Notes under the pieces: model-generated | The model's input: only the letters and a program-made list of their open reading frames with translations | Told to the model about the DNA's origin: nothing | The model's database searches: none | Shown: piece after piece, positions 17,800 through 27,489 of the stretch | Position numbering within the stretch: the first letter of the stretch is position 1 | How the letters are laid out: the number at the start of each line of letters is the position of its first letter | From: a plasmid | Reading direction: 5' to 3' (one strand) | DNA length: 64,000 bases | Sequence record: NZ_CP049260.1 | Made by a program: the position numbers and the translations under genes

Positions 17800-20700
17800 T
17801 AATCGATTTTCTGCGCAGGCAGCGCTGGCCACGCTGAAAGATTTTCAGTGTGATACGGTCGATTATGTGTTTGAGCGGCTGTTTGGCGAAAACAACACCA
17901 CGCGGTTTCTTGTCGCCGATGAAGTCGGGCTTGGCAAGACATTGATTGCACGGGGCGTTATCGCCAGAACGCTGGAACATCTGCAGGATAAAAAAGATCG
18001 TGTCGATATCATCTATATCTGCTCCAGCGCGGCGATTGCTGGTCAGAATCAAAAAAGGCTCAATCTCAGCGGCTCGGAAGGGTTCTCGCTCTCTACCCGG
18101 CTGACCTATCTGCCACGGCAGGTCAGCGAGCTGCGCAATAATAAAGTTAACTTTATCAGCCTGACGTCAGGCACAACCTTCGACCATACCGTAAGCCGTG
18201 AAGGCCATGCGGGAGAGCGCGCCATTTTGTACCGGATTTTGTATGACCTCCCGCTGGGCCAGGGCGAGCGACGCGCCCGGTTGCGTACAGGGCTGTTAAA
18301 TCTTCTACAGGCGCGAATGGGAAAAGCGAGCTGGCGCGCCACCGCGCAGGGGCTGCGGGCTGATGAACTGGATAATGACCTCTGCCGGATGTTCCGACGC
18401 GAAGTGCTCGACGATAAACCGCTTTACGCGCAGCTTAAGCAGGGTTGCGAGCAGTTTATACGTTACCGTGACAGCAGCCGGATCCCGCCAGACGATACGC
18501 AGTTACGGCTTCGGCTTATCATGGCGCTGCGTCAGAAACTGGCTTTCGTTTGTCTGAAGGCCCTGAAGCCCGATCTGGTGATCCTCGATGAGTTTCAGCG
18601 GTTTAAGCATCTACTGGACGCTGAAGACGATACCGCGCGGCTCGCCACAGCCCTGTTTGAACAGAAGGAGGCGCGTGTTCTGCTGCTTTCCGCCACGCCT
18701 TATAAAATGTTCACGCTGGATAACGAAACCGGGGAAGACGATCATTACCCGGATTTTATCCGCACACTGTCATTTCTGATGCGCGATCCGGCGCAGGTCA
18801 ACCACGTCAGCGCGCTGCTTTCCGCTCACCGGGCCGCACTGCATGCCGGTATACCTGAAGGTGAAAAAGCACGTCTTCAGGATGCGCTTTTGCGTGTGAT
18901 GTGCCGCACCGAAAGGATTTCTGATACCCGCGACCGTAACGCCATGCTCGTTGAAGTTCCCCGCATAGCGCCGCTGCAGGCCGCGGATATCCGGCATATT
19001 CGTGCCGTTGATGCGGTTGCGGCCTGTGTGGACTCAGGCGATCTGGTGGAGTACTGGAAATCGACGCCCCATTTGCTCAACTTTCTGAAGCGCTATGCGC
19101 TGCGTAATAAACTTGATGCGGCTATCGATGCGCCGTCACCTGCGCTCTCTGCGGCGCTGAGAGCGGCCCGCGATGAGTGGCTGACGCCCGGTCAGCTGGA
19201 TGATTACCAGCCGCTTGAACCCGGCAACGCGCGGATGCGGCTTCTTTTTGAAGACACCATCGATAACGGGCTCTGGCAACTGTTATGGATGCCGCCATCG
19301 CTTCCGTATTACACACCAGGCGGCGTCTGGCAGGGGAAAAGCCATCTTACCAAGACGCTTATCTTCTCCTGCTGGAATGCGGTGCCGGATGCTATCGCCA
19401 CGCTCTGCTCTTATGAGGCAGAGCGCCGGATGGTCAGCGGCGCGTCGGTGACGCATCGCGAGCTTTATCAGAAAATCAAACCGCTGTTGCGGTTTGCGAA
19501 AGCCAGCGCGGACGACCGTCTGACCGGTATGCCAGTCATGGCATGGCTGATGCCCTCACCGGTCCTGGCGACGGCGATTGATCCACTCACGATGGCCTGT
19601 GCCGGGAATAACGGCCCGCTCCCGCTGGAAACCGTGCTGGAAGCCGCCCGTGACATCTGCGAGACGCTTGTCGCCGCTTTACCCTCCAGCCCGGCGGAGG
19701 GCAAAGCCGATCCGCGCTGGTACTGGGCTGCGCCGGTGCTGCTCGATGCGCAGGGCGGGCTACTGGCGTGGTGTAAAGATCCACAAGGCTGGCGGGCGCT
19801 GGTGACGCCTGATGCGGATGACGACTCCCACTTCACCGCGCATCTGGAACAGCTGACAGACGCCGCCGAGGGACGCCTTACGCTCGGGCCGAAGCCAGAC
19901 GATCTGGTGGACGTGCTCGCGCTGTTCGCGCTTGGCGGGCCTGGTACCTGCGCATTGCGTGCGTTACAGAGGCTGGATCCGCAGACGTCGTGCGACAGCA
20001 TGGCCCTTCTCACCGGTGCGGCGACCATCGCCTCGGGGTTCAGAACCCTGTTCAACATGCCGGAGACCATTGCGATGCTGCGTGGCGCAAGTGAGGAGAC
20101 CTACTGGCGTTTAACGCTGAAATATGGAGTTGAGGGCAATCTGCAATCCATGCTGGATGAATATGTCCATACGCTCCGGGAATCGCCTGGCGTGCAGGGA
20201 TCTGGCGTCGCGGCACAGGTGGCCACCCTGTCCGCGCATATCCAGTCTGTTCTATCGTTGCGTGTCTCCCGGCTGCATCTGGACGCGCTGGAGGCTAACG
20301 ATGCGGGCTTTGAGCGTGTAGAGTTTTCGACCCGCTGCCGCTTTGCGCTGCGGTTTGGTGATATCCGGGATGACAATAACGACGCGCTGGTACGGGCAGA
20401 AAGCGTTCGCGATGCTTTCAATTCGCCGTTTCGCCCGTTTGTACTGGCTTCCACGTCCATTGGCCAGGAAGGGCTCGATTTTCATACGTGGTGCCATGCG
20501 GTGATGCACTGGAATCTTCCTGCAAATCCTGTCGATTTAGAGCAACGCGAGGGCCGGGTGCATCGTTACAAAGGGCATGCGGTGCGGAAAAATATCGCGC
20601 ATGCTTATGGCATAGCGAGCCTTAAGGGCCACAACGCGGGCGACCCGTGGCAAACCCTTTTTGCGCGGGCAGCGCAGGACAGAGCGCCTGGGCAGTCCGA

Positions 20701-20953
20701 ACTTATCCCTTACTGGATCTTTGAGAACGGCCCGGCGCGCGTGGAGCGCCGTATTCCCGTGCTGCCTTACAGCCGGGAAACCGGCAAGCTCAAAAGACTG
20801 AAGCAGGGGCTCGCGTTGTATCGCCTGGCGTTCGGACAGCCGAGACAGGAGGACTTACTCTCAAGTCTCAGCCATAACGCCCCGATCTCTGAAGACGCCC
20901 TTGCCGGCGGGCTGATATCACTTAAGCCGCCCGGCCGGTCCGGTAAAGCGTAA
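17792..20953 (+). CDS. SNF2/RapA-like SF2 helicase (about 1053 aa) with an atypical motif II
   Basis: Motif I 'LVADEVGLGKTLIA' (SNF2/RapA type). Motif II 'LVILDEFQRFK' (DEFQ rather than DEAH). Motif III 'VLLLSATPYKM'. C-terminal motifs 'FVLASTSIGQEGLDF' and 'QREGRVHRY' (motif VI). A GGAGG ribosome-binding site is present and the gene is translationally coupled to the PLD gene. Confidence 0.8.
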   Translation: MSDNRFSAQAALATLKDFQCDTVDYVFERLFGENNTTRFLVADEVGLGKTLIARGVIARTLEHLQDKKDRVDIIYICSSAAIAGQNQKRLNLSGSEGFSLSTRLTYLPRQVSELRNNKVNFISLTSGTTFDHTVSREGHAGERAILYRILYDLPLGQGERRARLRTGLLNLLQARMGKASWRATAQGLRADELDNDLCRMFRREVLDDKPLYAQLKQGCEQFIRYRDSSRIPPDDTQLRLRLIMALRQKLAFVCLKALKPDLVILDEFQRFKHLLDAEDDTARLATALFEQKEARVLLLSATPYKMFTLDNETGEDDHYPDFIRTLSFLMRDPAQVNHVSALLSAHRAALHAGIPEGEKARLQDALLRVMCRTERISDTRDRNAMLVEVPRIAPLQAADIRHIRAVDAVAACVDSGDLVEYWKSTPHLLNFLKRYALRNKLDAAIDAPSPALSAALRAARDEWLTPGQLDDYQPLEPGNARMRLLFEDTIDNGLWQLLWMPPSLPYYTPGGVWQGKSHLTKTLIFSCWNAVPDAIATLCSYEAERRMVSGASVTHRELYQKIKPLLRFAKASADDRLTGMPVMAWLMPSPVLATAIDPLTMACAGNNGPLPLETVLEAARDICETLVAALPSSPAEGKADPRWYWAAPVLLDAQGGLLAWCKDPQGWRALVTPDADDDSHFTAHLEQLTDAAEGRLTLGPKPDDLVDVLALFALGGPGTCALRALQRLDPQTSCDSMALLTGAATIASGFRTLFNMPETIAMLRGASEETYWRLTLKYGVEGNLQSMLDEYVHTLRESPGVQGSGVAAQVATLSAHIQSVLSLRVSRLHLDALEANDAGFERVEFSTRCRFALRFGDIRDDNNDALVRAESVRDAFNSPFRPFVLASTSIGQEGLDFHTWCHAVMHWNLPANPVDLEQREGRVHRYKGHAVRKNIAHAYGIASLKGHNAGDPWQTLFARAAQDRAPGQSELIPYWIFENGPARVERRIPVLPYSRETGKLKRLKQGLALYRLAFGQPRQEDLLSSLSHNAPISEDALAGGLISLKPPGRSGKA

Positions 20954-20959
20954 CGCCGG

Positions 20960-21634
20960 TTACGGCGCAATCTCCTGCCCGCGATAATCGATAAACCGGC
21001 ACTGCAGATTATCCAGCGCGGCGTTGATAACGTTTTTAAGCCCAGCCGCGCTTTCGTCTACCGTCACCGGCGCGCGTTCGCCGCCCATATCGGTCTGGAC
21101 CCAGCCGGGATGCAGCAACAGCACGCTGCGTTTACCCGGCAGCGCCGATGTCACCGCGAATGAGCGCGCCAGCGAATTCAGCGCGCTCTTACTGGCGCGG
21201 TAGAGCGCCATGTCGCCGGTATCGTTATTCGTAAAGCTTGCGGTACTGGACGACATAAACGCAATGACACCGCCTTCACGGACCTGCGAGAGCATCGTCT
21301 CCGCGAGTCGCACCGGCGCGATAGCGTTGGTCAGAAAGAGTGTGGCGATCTCCTGTTCGGTGGCCTGCGATATGCTCTGATGATCGGGGCCAAAAATACC
21401 GGCGTTGACGATGAGCGCGTCAAAGGTCACAGCGCTGAGGTGTTCTTTGAGGTGGACTACGCTTGCCGTGTCGGTCATATCGACGATTTGCGTGGTGATA
21501 CGCGGATGGGTGTCTTTGTGCGTTGCGTCACGCACCGTCGCTATCACGTCGGCGCCCTCCTGCGCGAAAGCATTCGCCAGACCGCGGCCAATCCCGCGCG
21601 ATGCGCCGATAATCAGGATATGTTGTACAGTCAT
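20960..21634 (-). CDS. Short-chain dehydrogenase/reductase (SDR) family oxidoreductase
   Basis: A GASRGIG dinucleotide-binding motif and a Y-x3-K catalytic region (YRASK), about 224 aa. It is convergent with the helicase gene, with a 7-nt gap. Confidence 0.8.
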   Translation of the reverse strand: MTVQHILIIGASRGIGRGLANAFAQEGADVIATVRDATHKDTHPRITTQIVDMTDTASVVHLKEHLSAVTFDALIVNAGIFGPDHQSISQATEQEIATLFLTNAIAPVRLAETMLSQVREGGVIAFMSSSTASFTNNDTGDMALYRASKSALNSLARSFAVTSALPGKRSVLLLHPGWVQTDMGGERAPVTVDESAAGLKNVINAALDNLQCRFIDYRGQEIAP

Positions 21635-21680
21635 GATTTTTTAACCTGCAATAATAATGAACCCATACTGATGGGCTAAA

Positions 21681-22250
21681 TCACTCCGCAAGGCGGTAGA
21701 CCCCTGCTCCCCAGTAGCCTTTTTCCGGTTTACGGATTTCACGCCAGCCCTGACGAACAAGGCTGCGGGCAATCAAACGATTCATGATGCCATGCCCCAT
21801 CAAAAGCACCGGACTTTGCGCGTTACCGGCAAGCGCAGCGAGATTTTGCGCAGCCATTGCCGCGCGTGCTTTTGCGGCATGCAGCGTTTCAGCATTGCCC
21901 GATAATCCGCACAGCCATAACATGCGGAAAATGCCACTCCAGGCCAGCGGCGACAAACGCAGCCTGCCAATACTGTGCACCGGCAGTTCTGCCTCCCGGT
22001 ATAGCGCATCGGTTTGCACTGGATCACAACCCATTGTTTTTAGAGAAGAGAGGGCACGAGGTAAATCGCTGCTGATAACAATGCCCGCTCTGGCTGCTAA
22101 CGCGCGGCTTGCCTCAGGCGGTAAGTCATTCCCCGTACCGGCCTCGTTATAACGGCTTATCCAGCCTGGCATATCGCGGGAGCCGATCGCGCCTGAATGC
22201 GCTATATCAGGGCTGCCGTGACGCATCAGAATAATTTCCATATCTTCCAT
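21681..22250 (-). CDS. Histidine phosphatase (phosphoglycerate-mutase-like) family protein
   Basis: An 'ILMRHG' RHG catalytic motif near the N-terminus, about 185 aa. Confidence 0.65.
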   Translation of the reverse strand: MEDMEIILMRHGSPDIAHSGAIGSRDMPGWISRYNEAGTGNDLPPEASRALAARAGIVISSDLPRALSSLKTMGCDPVQTDALYREAELPVHSIGRLRLSPLAWSGIFRMLWLCGLSGNAETLHAAKARAAMAAQNLAALAGNAQSPVLLMGHGIMNRLIARSLVRQGWREIRKPEKGYWGAGVYRLAE

Positions 22251-22262
22251 TCCACGGGTGGT

Positions 22263-22532
22263 TTACCTGGCGTGAAAAAAATATCCCACCAGCGCCAGTA
22301 CCACCACAATAACGCCTGAGAAAATCGCTCCGCTGGCCCATGCGAAGGGAGCGATCTCTTCTTCTTTTTTGATATCCGCGTAACGCTTTAGTGCCTGCTC
22401 TGCCAGGGGCGCGTCAATCTCTTCGAACTGCTTTTCATAGCCTTTGGCTTTAAGCCGCGAGGCTTTTTCGGTATCGGCTTTATCGAACGCAAACAGCTGA
22501 GTGCCTTTCTTATAGAAGACAAATGTGGTCAT
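22263..22532 (-). CDS. Small hypothetical protein (89 aa) with a C-terminal TM anchor
   Basis: An AGGAG ribosome-binding site precedes an ATG (MTTFVFYKKG...). The longer upstream extension in the ORF track lacks a ribosome-binding site. Confidence 0.45.
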   Translation of the reverse strand: MTTFVFYKKGTQLFAFDKADTEKASRLKAKGYEKQFEEIDAPLAEQALKRYADIKKEEEIAPFAWASGAIFSGVIVVVLALVGYFFHAR

Positions 22533-22815
22533 GGTGGACTCCTGTCGTGGTGACGCGCTATGCCTAACATACCGGAGCGGAATACATTTTGTACATGAAT
22601 ACCTTAAAGCGCTTTTAGCAGAAAAGCAGACCGTCGCTGATACATACAACCATGAATAAGTGTCCATCAGCCGGAATGGAAAAACAGAGGAAGTGGTGGC
22701 GGGGAATTATTCGCAGGGCGGTCGGGCATACAGGGAATGATCGGTAATCCGCCTGTAAAAACGCCCGGTACAGGTACCGGGCGTGGCATAAAAAATAACG
22801 TTTTTTATCTGCTAA

Positions 22816-24474
22816 TCAGAAGCTCTGCCAGTCGTTATCTGATACCGCGGCGGCGGCGGGCACCGGGCGCAGCGTTTTGATTGGCGTCACCGGCGCGGCG
22901 ACATGACGCGCCGCGCTTTTCGCATGACTGGCGGCGGCGATGGTAAATGCACCAACCAGCTGGTTCAGGGATGCGGCCTGCTCCATCAGCGACTGCGACG
23001 CCGCCGAAGCCTGCTCGACCAGCGCGGCGTTCTGCTGGGTTACATCGTCCATCTGGTTGACGGCCAGATGCACCTGATTGATGCCCTGCGCCTGCTCCTG
23101 CGCGGCGACCGAAATCTCATCAACAATATCCGTTACCTGACGCACCGCCTCGGTCATTTTGCCGATATTCTGGCCGACGCCTTCCGCCTGCGCGGAACCG
23201 GTTTCGACGTATTGCATTGAGTTCTCAATCAGTTCTTTGATTTCCCGCGCGGAGGAGGACGAACGCTGCGCCAGCGTGCGCACTTCACCGGCCACCACGG
23301 CAAACCCTCTGCCCTGCTCGCCCGCACGCGCGGCTTCTACCGCAGCGTTGAGCGCCAGGATGTTGGTCTGGAAGGCAATCCCCTCGATCATCGCGATAAT
23401 GTCGGTGATTTTCGAGGAACTGTCGCGAATACTGCTCATGGTCGTCAGCATGGTATTGACGCGCGACTGGCTGTCTTCCGAAATATCACGCGCGTTTTTC
23501 GCAAGCTGGCTCGCAAGCTGGGTATTTTCCGCAGTCTGACGCACGGTTTCGCTCAGCTCTGACATGCTGGCGGCAGTCTGCTCCAGCGAAGCGGCCTGTT
23601 CTTCTGTGCGCGACGAGAGATCTTCGTTACCGGCGGAGATCTGCCCGGAGGCCGAGCTGACCGACTGCGCGGACGCTTCGACAGCGGCGAGTGATGAAGC
23701 CACATTGGCTGCCAGCGTATTGTACGCTTTGGCCGTCTGGCCTATCTCATCCTTACGGGAATCGTCAGCGCGCAGTGTCAGATCAAGATGCTCGCTCGCC
23801 GTTTCCAGCGTCTGGCGCATGCTGTTGAGCTGGTTGCGAATCGAGAAGATGGTCTTCAGCGTGAAAAAGCCGAGAATAAGGATGACCACTGCCGAGCCGC
23901 CAATCAGCGTCCAGAGCGTCTGGTAATAGGAGCTATCATTTTCCTTACGCAGCGTTTTGCCGACGTCAATGTTGACCCCCAGCTGTTTCTGGTACAGCGC
24001 GATCAACTGACGCGCGGCACCGCCGACACCGTTGTCATCACGCAGTGCGGCGAGCGCGAGAGCGTTGTTGTGTGCACGCGAGCTCTCTAAAAATGCCGGT
24101 AACCGGGACTGAACCGTCTGAATCAGCGTACCGGCGCTTTCAGAAATCTGCCGGTCTTCCTCGCTGGAGATTTCATTTTGCAGGTAAAACTGGTTCTGCG
24201 TGGTGATGCGGTTAATGACCGTATCAATCTCTTTTTCAATCTCGGCCTGACCTGATGCGTCAGCGGTATTCTGGTGGCGGTAGAGCCAGATAATCAACGT
24301 ATTACTACCATCAATCATTTTGCCGATATCAAGCACCGACGGAAGTGTGTTTTCCTGGACGTACTGGAACCTTGCCTGAAAATTGCTGACGACCACCACC
24401 GACGTAATCACCATAGCGATCAGTGCAGCAGAAAGTAATGAAAACGTCAGCATAAGACGTTGTGTAATGGACAT
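22816..24474 (-). CDS. Methyl-accepting chemotaxis protein
   Basis: An N-terminal TM helix, a periplasmic sensor domain, a second TM helix and HAMP region, and the conserved MCP signalling domain (...[31 protein letters not shown]...). Confidence 0.85.
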   Translation of the reverse strand: MSITQRLMLTFSLLSAALIAMVITSVVVVSNFQARFQYVQENTLPSVLDIGKMIDGSNTLIIWLYRHQNTADASGQAEIEKEIDTVINRITTQNQFYLQNEISSEEDRQISESAGTLIQTVQSRLPAFLESSRAHNNALALAALRDDNGVGGAARQLIALYQKQLGVNIDVGKTLRKENDSSYYQTLWTLIGGSAVVILILGFFTLKTIFSIRNQLNSMRQTLETASEHLDLTLRADDSRKDEIGQTAKAYNTLAANVASSLAAVEASAQSVSSASGQISAGNEDLSSRTEEQAASLEQTAASMSELSETVRQTAENTQLASQLAKNARDISEDSQSRVNTMLTTMSSIRDSSSKITDIIAMIEGIAFQTNILALNAAVEAARAGEQGRGFAVVAGEVRTLAQRSSSSAREIKELIENSMQYVETGSAQAEGVGQNIGKMTEAVRQVTDIVDEISVAAQEQAQGINQVHLAVNQMDDVTQQNAALVEQASAASQSLMEQAASLNQLVGAFTIAAASHAKSAARHVAAPVTPIKTLRPVPAAAAVSDNDWQSF

Positions 24475-24767
24475 GGAGTGTTTCCTCGGTGATGCTTATT
24501 TTTGCTGTATGGAGCCAGTGCTTAAATCAAACCGGCACAACGAATATCGGCAGCCAGGCATGCAATAATTAGCCTCCGGCAGACGCTTTCTCGTATGCCC
24601 ATGATTAACAAAACATTAAATTTTTTAAAGTAATGGCCTGGAAATGGTGTGGGAATTTGTTGCGGTGCTTTTTTAGGCTCGCCATGGCGCTTTGCTCTAA
24701 GGTTTATGTCAGTAAGCGAAAGCCTGTGCGCCGTTGCGCAGGCGTCGGCACACCTCAGGAGGCCTTT

Positions 24768-25568
24768 GTGATCACACTGTGTAACGCCTGCGGCACGTCA
24801 TATCAGGTTGACAATGCCCGGCCGCAACGCTGCAAAATTTGCGACGATGAGCGGCAGTTTGTCCCGGTGACGGGGCAGCAATGGGTAGCGCGCGATGCGC
24901 TGCTGGCGACGCATTCCAATAAATGGAAGCAGCATACCCCGGATCTTTTCAGCATCCGGACGGTGCCGGATTTTGCGATTGGCCAGCGTGCGTTTCTGCT
25001 GCGTACCCCGCAGGGAAATATTCTCTGGGACTGCGTCGCCACCCTGGATGACGCCACAAAAACCCTGATTGCCGCGCTGGGCGGTCTGATGGCCATTGCC
25101 ATTTCGCATCCGCACTTTTACACCACCATGCAGGACTGGGCGGCTGCCTTTAACGCGCCGGTGTATCTGCATGCCAGCGACCGCGAATGGATAATGCGCG
25201 ACAGCCCGTTTATCCGGCTCTGGGAGGGAGATGAACTGACACTGGCTGAGGATATCCGCGTGATTTGCCTCGGCGGCCATTTTGCCGGTGGCTGCGTACT
25301 GCATGACGCGCGCGGCGACGGCCTGCTGCTGACCGGTGATATTTTGCAGGTGACGCCGGGCACGAAGAGCGTCTCATTTATGTGGAGTTACCCGAATATG
25401 CTGCCGCTACCGGCCGCCACCGTCAGCGCAATGACAGACCGGCTGCGAGGCGTGCCATTTTCGACGCTATGGGGCGCGTTTGAAGGCCGTGAAATCACTG
25501 CCGACGCCAGCGAGCGGGTGCGCCGTTCGGGCGAAAAATATGTGGCGTGTCTCAATCGTGCGGATTAA
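24768..25568 (+). CDS. MBL-fold metallo-hydrolase with an N-terminal CxxC...CxxC zinc-ribbon
   Basis: An AGGAGG ribosome-binding site lies 5 nt before a GTG at 24768. The longer ORF from 24633 has no ribosome-binding site and a junk-like N-terminus. A metallo-beta-lactamase-like His/Asp motif region (ISHPHFY...) is present. Confidence 0.6.
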   Translation: MITLCNACGTSYQVDNARPQRCKICDDERQFVPVTGQQWVARDALLATHSNKWKQHTPDLFSIRTVPDFAIGQRAFLLRTPQGNILWDCVATLDDATKTLIAALGGLMAIAISHPHFYTTMQDWAAAFNAPVYLHASDREWIMRDSPFIRLWEGDELTLAEDIRVICLGGHFAGGCVLHDARGDGLLLTGDILQVTPGTKSVSFMWSYPNMLPLPAATVSAMTDRLRGVPFSTLWGAFEGREITADASERVRRSGEKYVACLNRAD

Positions 25569-25589
25569 CGCTTTTTTATTTCGTGACGC

Positions 25590-26912
25590 TCAGGCCCGTT
25601 CATACGCGACCCGACCATCAACATAGGTGCGGTATATCGCGCGATCGTCACCCAGCGTCATCATCACGAAAAGCTTATCAAACAGGGTCGCGGAATTGTC
25701 ATAGCGGAGCTGCTGCAGCGGCGTTGAGGTCGGATCCAGCACCACAAAATCGGCCTCTTTGCCGGGCATGAAGTTACCAATAAGATGATCAAGCCCCAGC
25801 GCTTTCGCGCCGCCGAGCGTGGCAAGATAGAACGCCTCGTCAGCGGTTAACGGATAGCCCTGCAACTGCCCGACTTTGTATGCCTCGTTCAGCGTTTGCA
25901 GCATGTTGAACGTGGTTCCCGCGCCGATGTCCGTCCCGATACCGACGTTCACTTTTTTCTGCCACGCTTTTGGCAGATTAAACAAACCGCTGCCGAGATA
26001 GAGATTAGATGTGGGGCAGAAAGCGATGCTGGAGCCCGTGTCTCGCAGGCGATCCCACTCGCGCTCTTTAAGATGAACACAGTGCGCGAAGATGCAGTTG
26101 TGCCCGGTCAGGCCATAGTGGTGATACACATCCAGATAGCCGTCACGCTCCGGATACAGCGTTTTCACCCAGTCAATTTCGGCGTTGTTCTCTGATAAAT
26201 GCGTCTGGAACCAGGTATCCGGATATTCTTCGCGCAGGCGCTGCGCCATCGCCAGTTGTTCCGGTGTCGAGGTCGGGGCAAAACGCGGCGTGATGGCATA
26301 CAGCAGCCGCCCTTTTTTATGCCAGCGTTCAATCAGCGCCTTGCTCTGTTCATAACTGCTTTGCGCATCATCCAGTAGCCAGTCGGGCGCGTTGCGATCC
26401 ATCATGACTTTACCGGCGATAAGACGCATATTGATCTGGCTGGCTTCCTCGAACAGCGCGTCCACCGACTGCGGATGTACTGAGCCAAAAACCAGTGCCG
26501 TTGTGGTGCCGTTTCGTAATAACTGCTTAATAAAAAAAGCGGACATTTCGCGCGCGTATTCCCGATCTTTATAGCGTCGCTCGGCAGGGAACGTATATTT
26601 ATTGAGCCAGTCGAGGAGCTGTTCGCCATACGCGCCGACGATTTCACTCTGTGGGTAATGAATATGCGTATCGATAAAGCCCGACACCACCAGTTTTCCG
26701 CGGTAATCACGCACGCGGACCGTATCCGGAACCTGTTGTTTTCCTTTTTCCCACTCACCGAACCATTCAATTTTCCCGTGACGAATCAGCAGTAAGCCGT
26801 CTTCCATAAACCGCAGCGCCGGTGCTATCTCCTGAGGCGTTTCAGCGGTCCTTGTGAAATCAATAAAACTGCCGCGTACGGCTTTTAAGGTCTGTTCTGC
26901 TGACATCATCAC
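25590..26912 (-). CDS. guaD: Guanine deaminase
   Basis: A 440-aa amidohydrolase with the 'GFIDTHIHYPQ' metal-binding motif. It is closely similar overall to E. coli GuaD. Confidence 0.85.
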   Translation of the reverse strand: MMMSAEQTLKAVRGSFIDFTRTAETPQEIAPALRFMEDGLLLIRHGKIEWFGEWEKGKQQVPDTVRVRDYRGKLVVSGFIDTHIHYPQSEIVGAYGEQLLDWLNKYTFPAERRYKDREYAREMSAFFIKQLLRNGTTTALVFGSVHPQSVDALFEEASQINMRLIAGKVMMDRNAPDWLLDDAQSSYEQSKALIERWHKKGRLLYAITPRFAPTSTPEQLAMAQRLREEYPDTWFQTHLSENNAEIDWVKTLYPERDGYLDVYHHYGLTGHNCIFAHCVHLKEREWDRLRDTGSSIAFCPTSNLYLGSGLFNLPKAWQKKVNVGIGTDIGAGTTFNMLQTLNEAYKVGQLQGYPLTADEAFYLATLGGAKALGLDHLIGNFMPGKEADFVVLDPTSTPLQQLRYDNSATLFDKLFVMMTLGDDRAIYRTYVDGRVAYERA

Positions 26913-27489
26913 CTCCTGCAGTCTGTCTTTTTTTCTTCTGAGACTCTCTATTGATGGGTTTTAATGCACTTTTCGTAGTATAGGATTTTCTCTCTGAGGG
27001 GCATTGCGATGGCGCACGTCATGTCCGGCGCACAGGCTGAAACGGCGTGCCTCTACCCTGCTAAGCCAAAAACCGTGCAGCGGATTAATGGTTTCACTAC
27101 ACCTTCGGAGTGGGACTGACGGAGTCAGGCCGTATCTCCGGCCTGCGGGTCCGCAGGAGCCGCCTGGCGGTGTAGTTACAACATACATTTAAGCGAATCT
27201 GGTTTACCCGCCCTTCGGGCGGGCGCGGGCGGCCCGGCAATGGGCAATTGCGTGCTCAGGGGTTCAGGAGAGAATCCGACGCCACAACCGTGGCCGGAAG
27301 CGACACGGGCGTTTCCGAACGGTGCCTACGGTTTCAGTGGCGGTCCAGCATGTTTGAATTGTATGTTGTAACTATAAAAAGGCGTTTGTGGTGTGCTTTT
27401 ACTGGTAATGGTGACTGACAACATCGATAGTGTATTGCCGTCAGTAAGCGTAAACGTTACGCAACTACGACGCTAACAGGAGACGTTCC

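Noticed and set aside
12535-20965. A possible direct-repeat (att) pair flanking the integrase module (CGGTTACG near 12538 and 20957)
   Set aside because: Only an 8-bp match was found by eye, which is too short to claim attachment sites. The island ends need comparative analysis.
24633-24767. An N-terminal extension (MAWKWCGNLLRCFF...) of the MBL-fold hydrolase ORF
   Set aside because: No ribosome-binding site is present and the N-terminus is junk-like. An AGGAGG site positioned 5 nt before the GTG at 24768 gives a sensible start.
27255-27290. A possible tRNA T-arm-like sequence GGTTCAGGAGAGAATCC in the structured intergenic region
   Set aside because: The loop is far too long for a T-loop (GGTTCGAnTCC) and no acceptor or anticodon arms can be built. 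It is not a tRNA.
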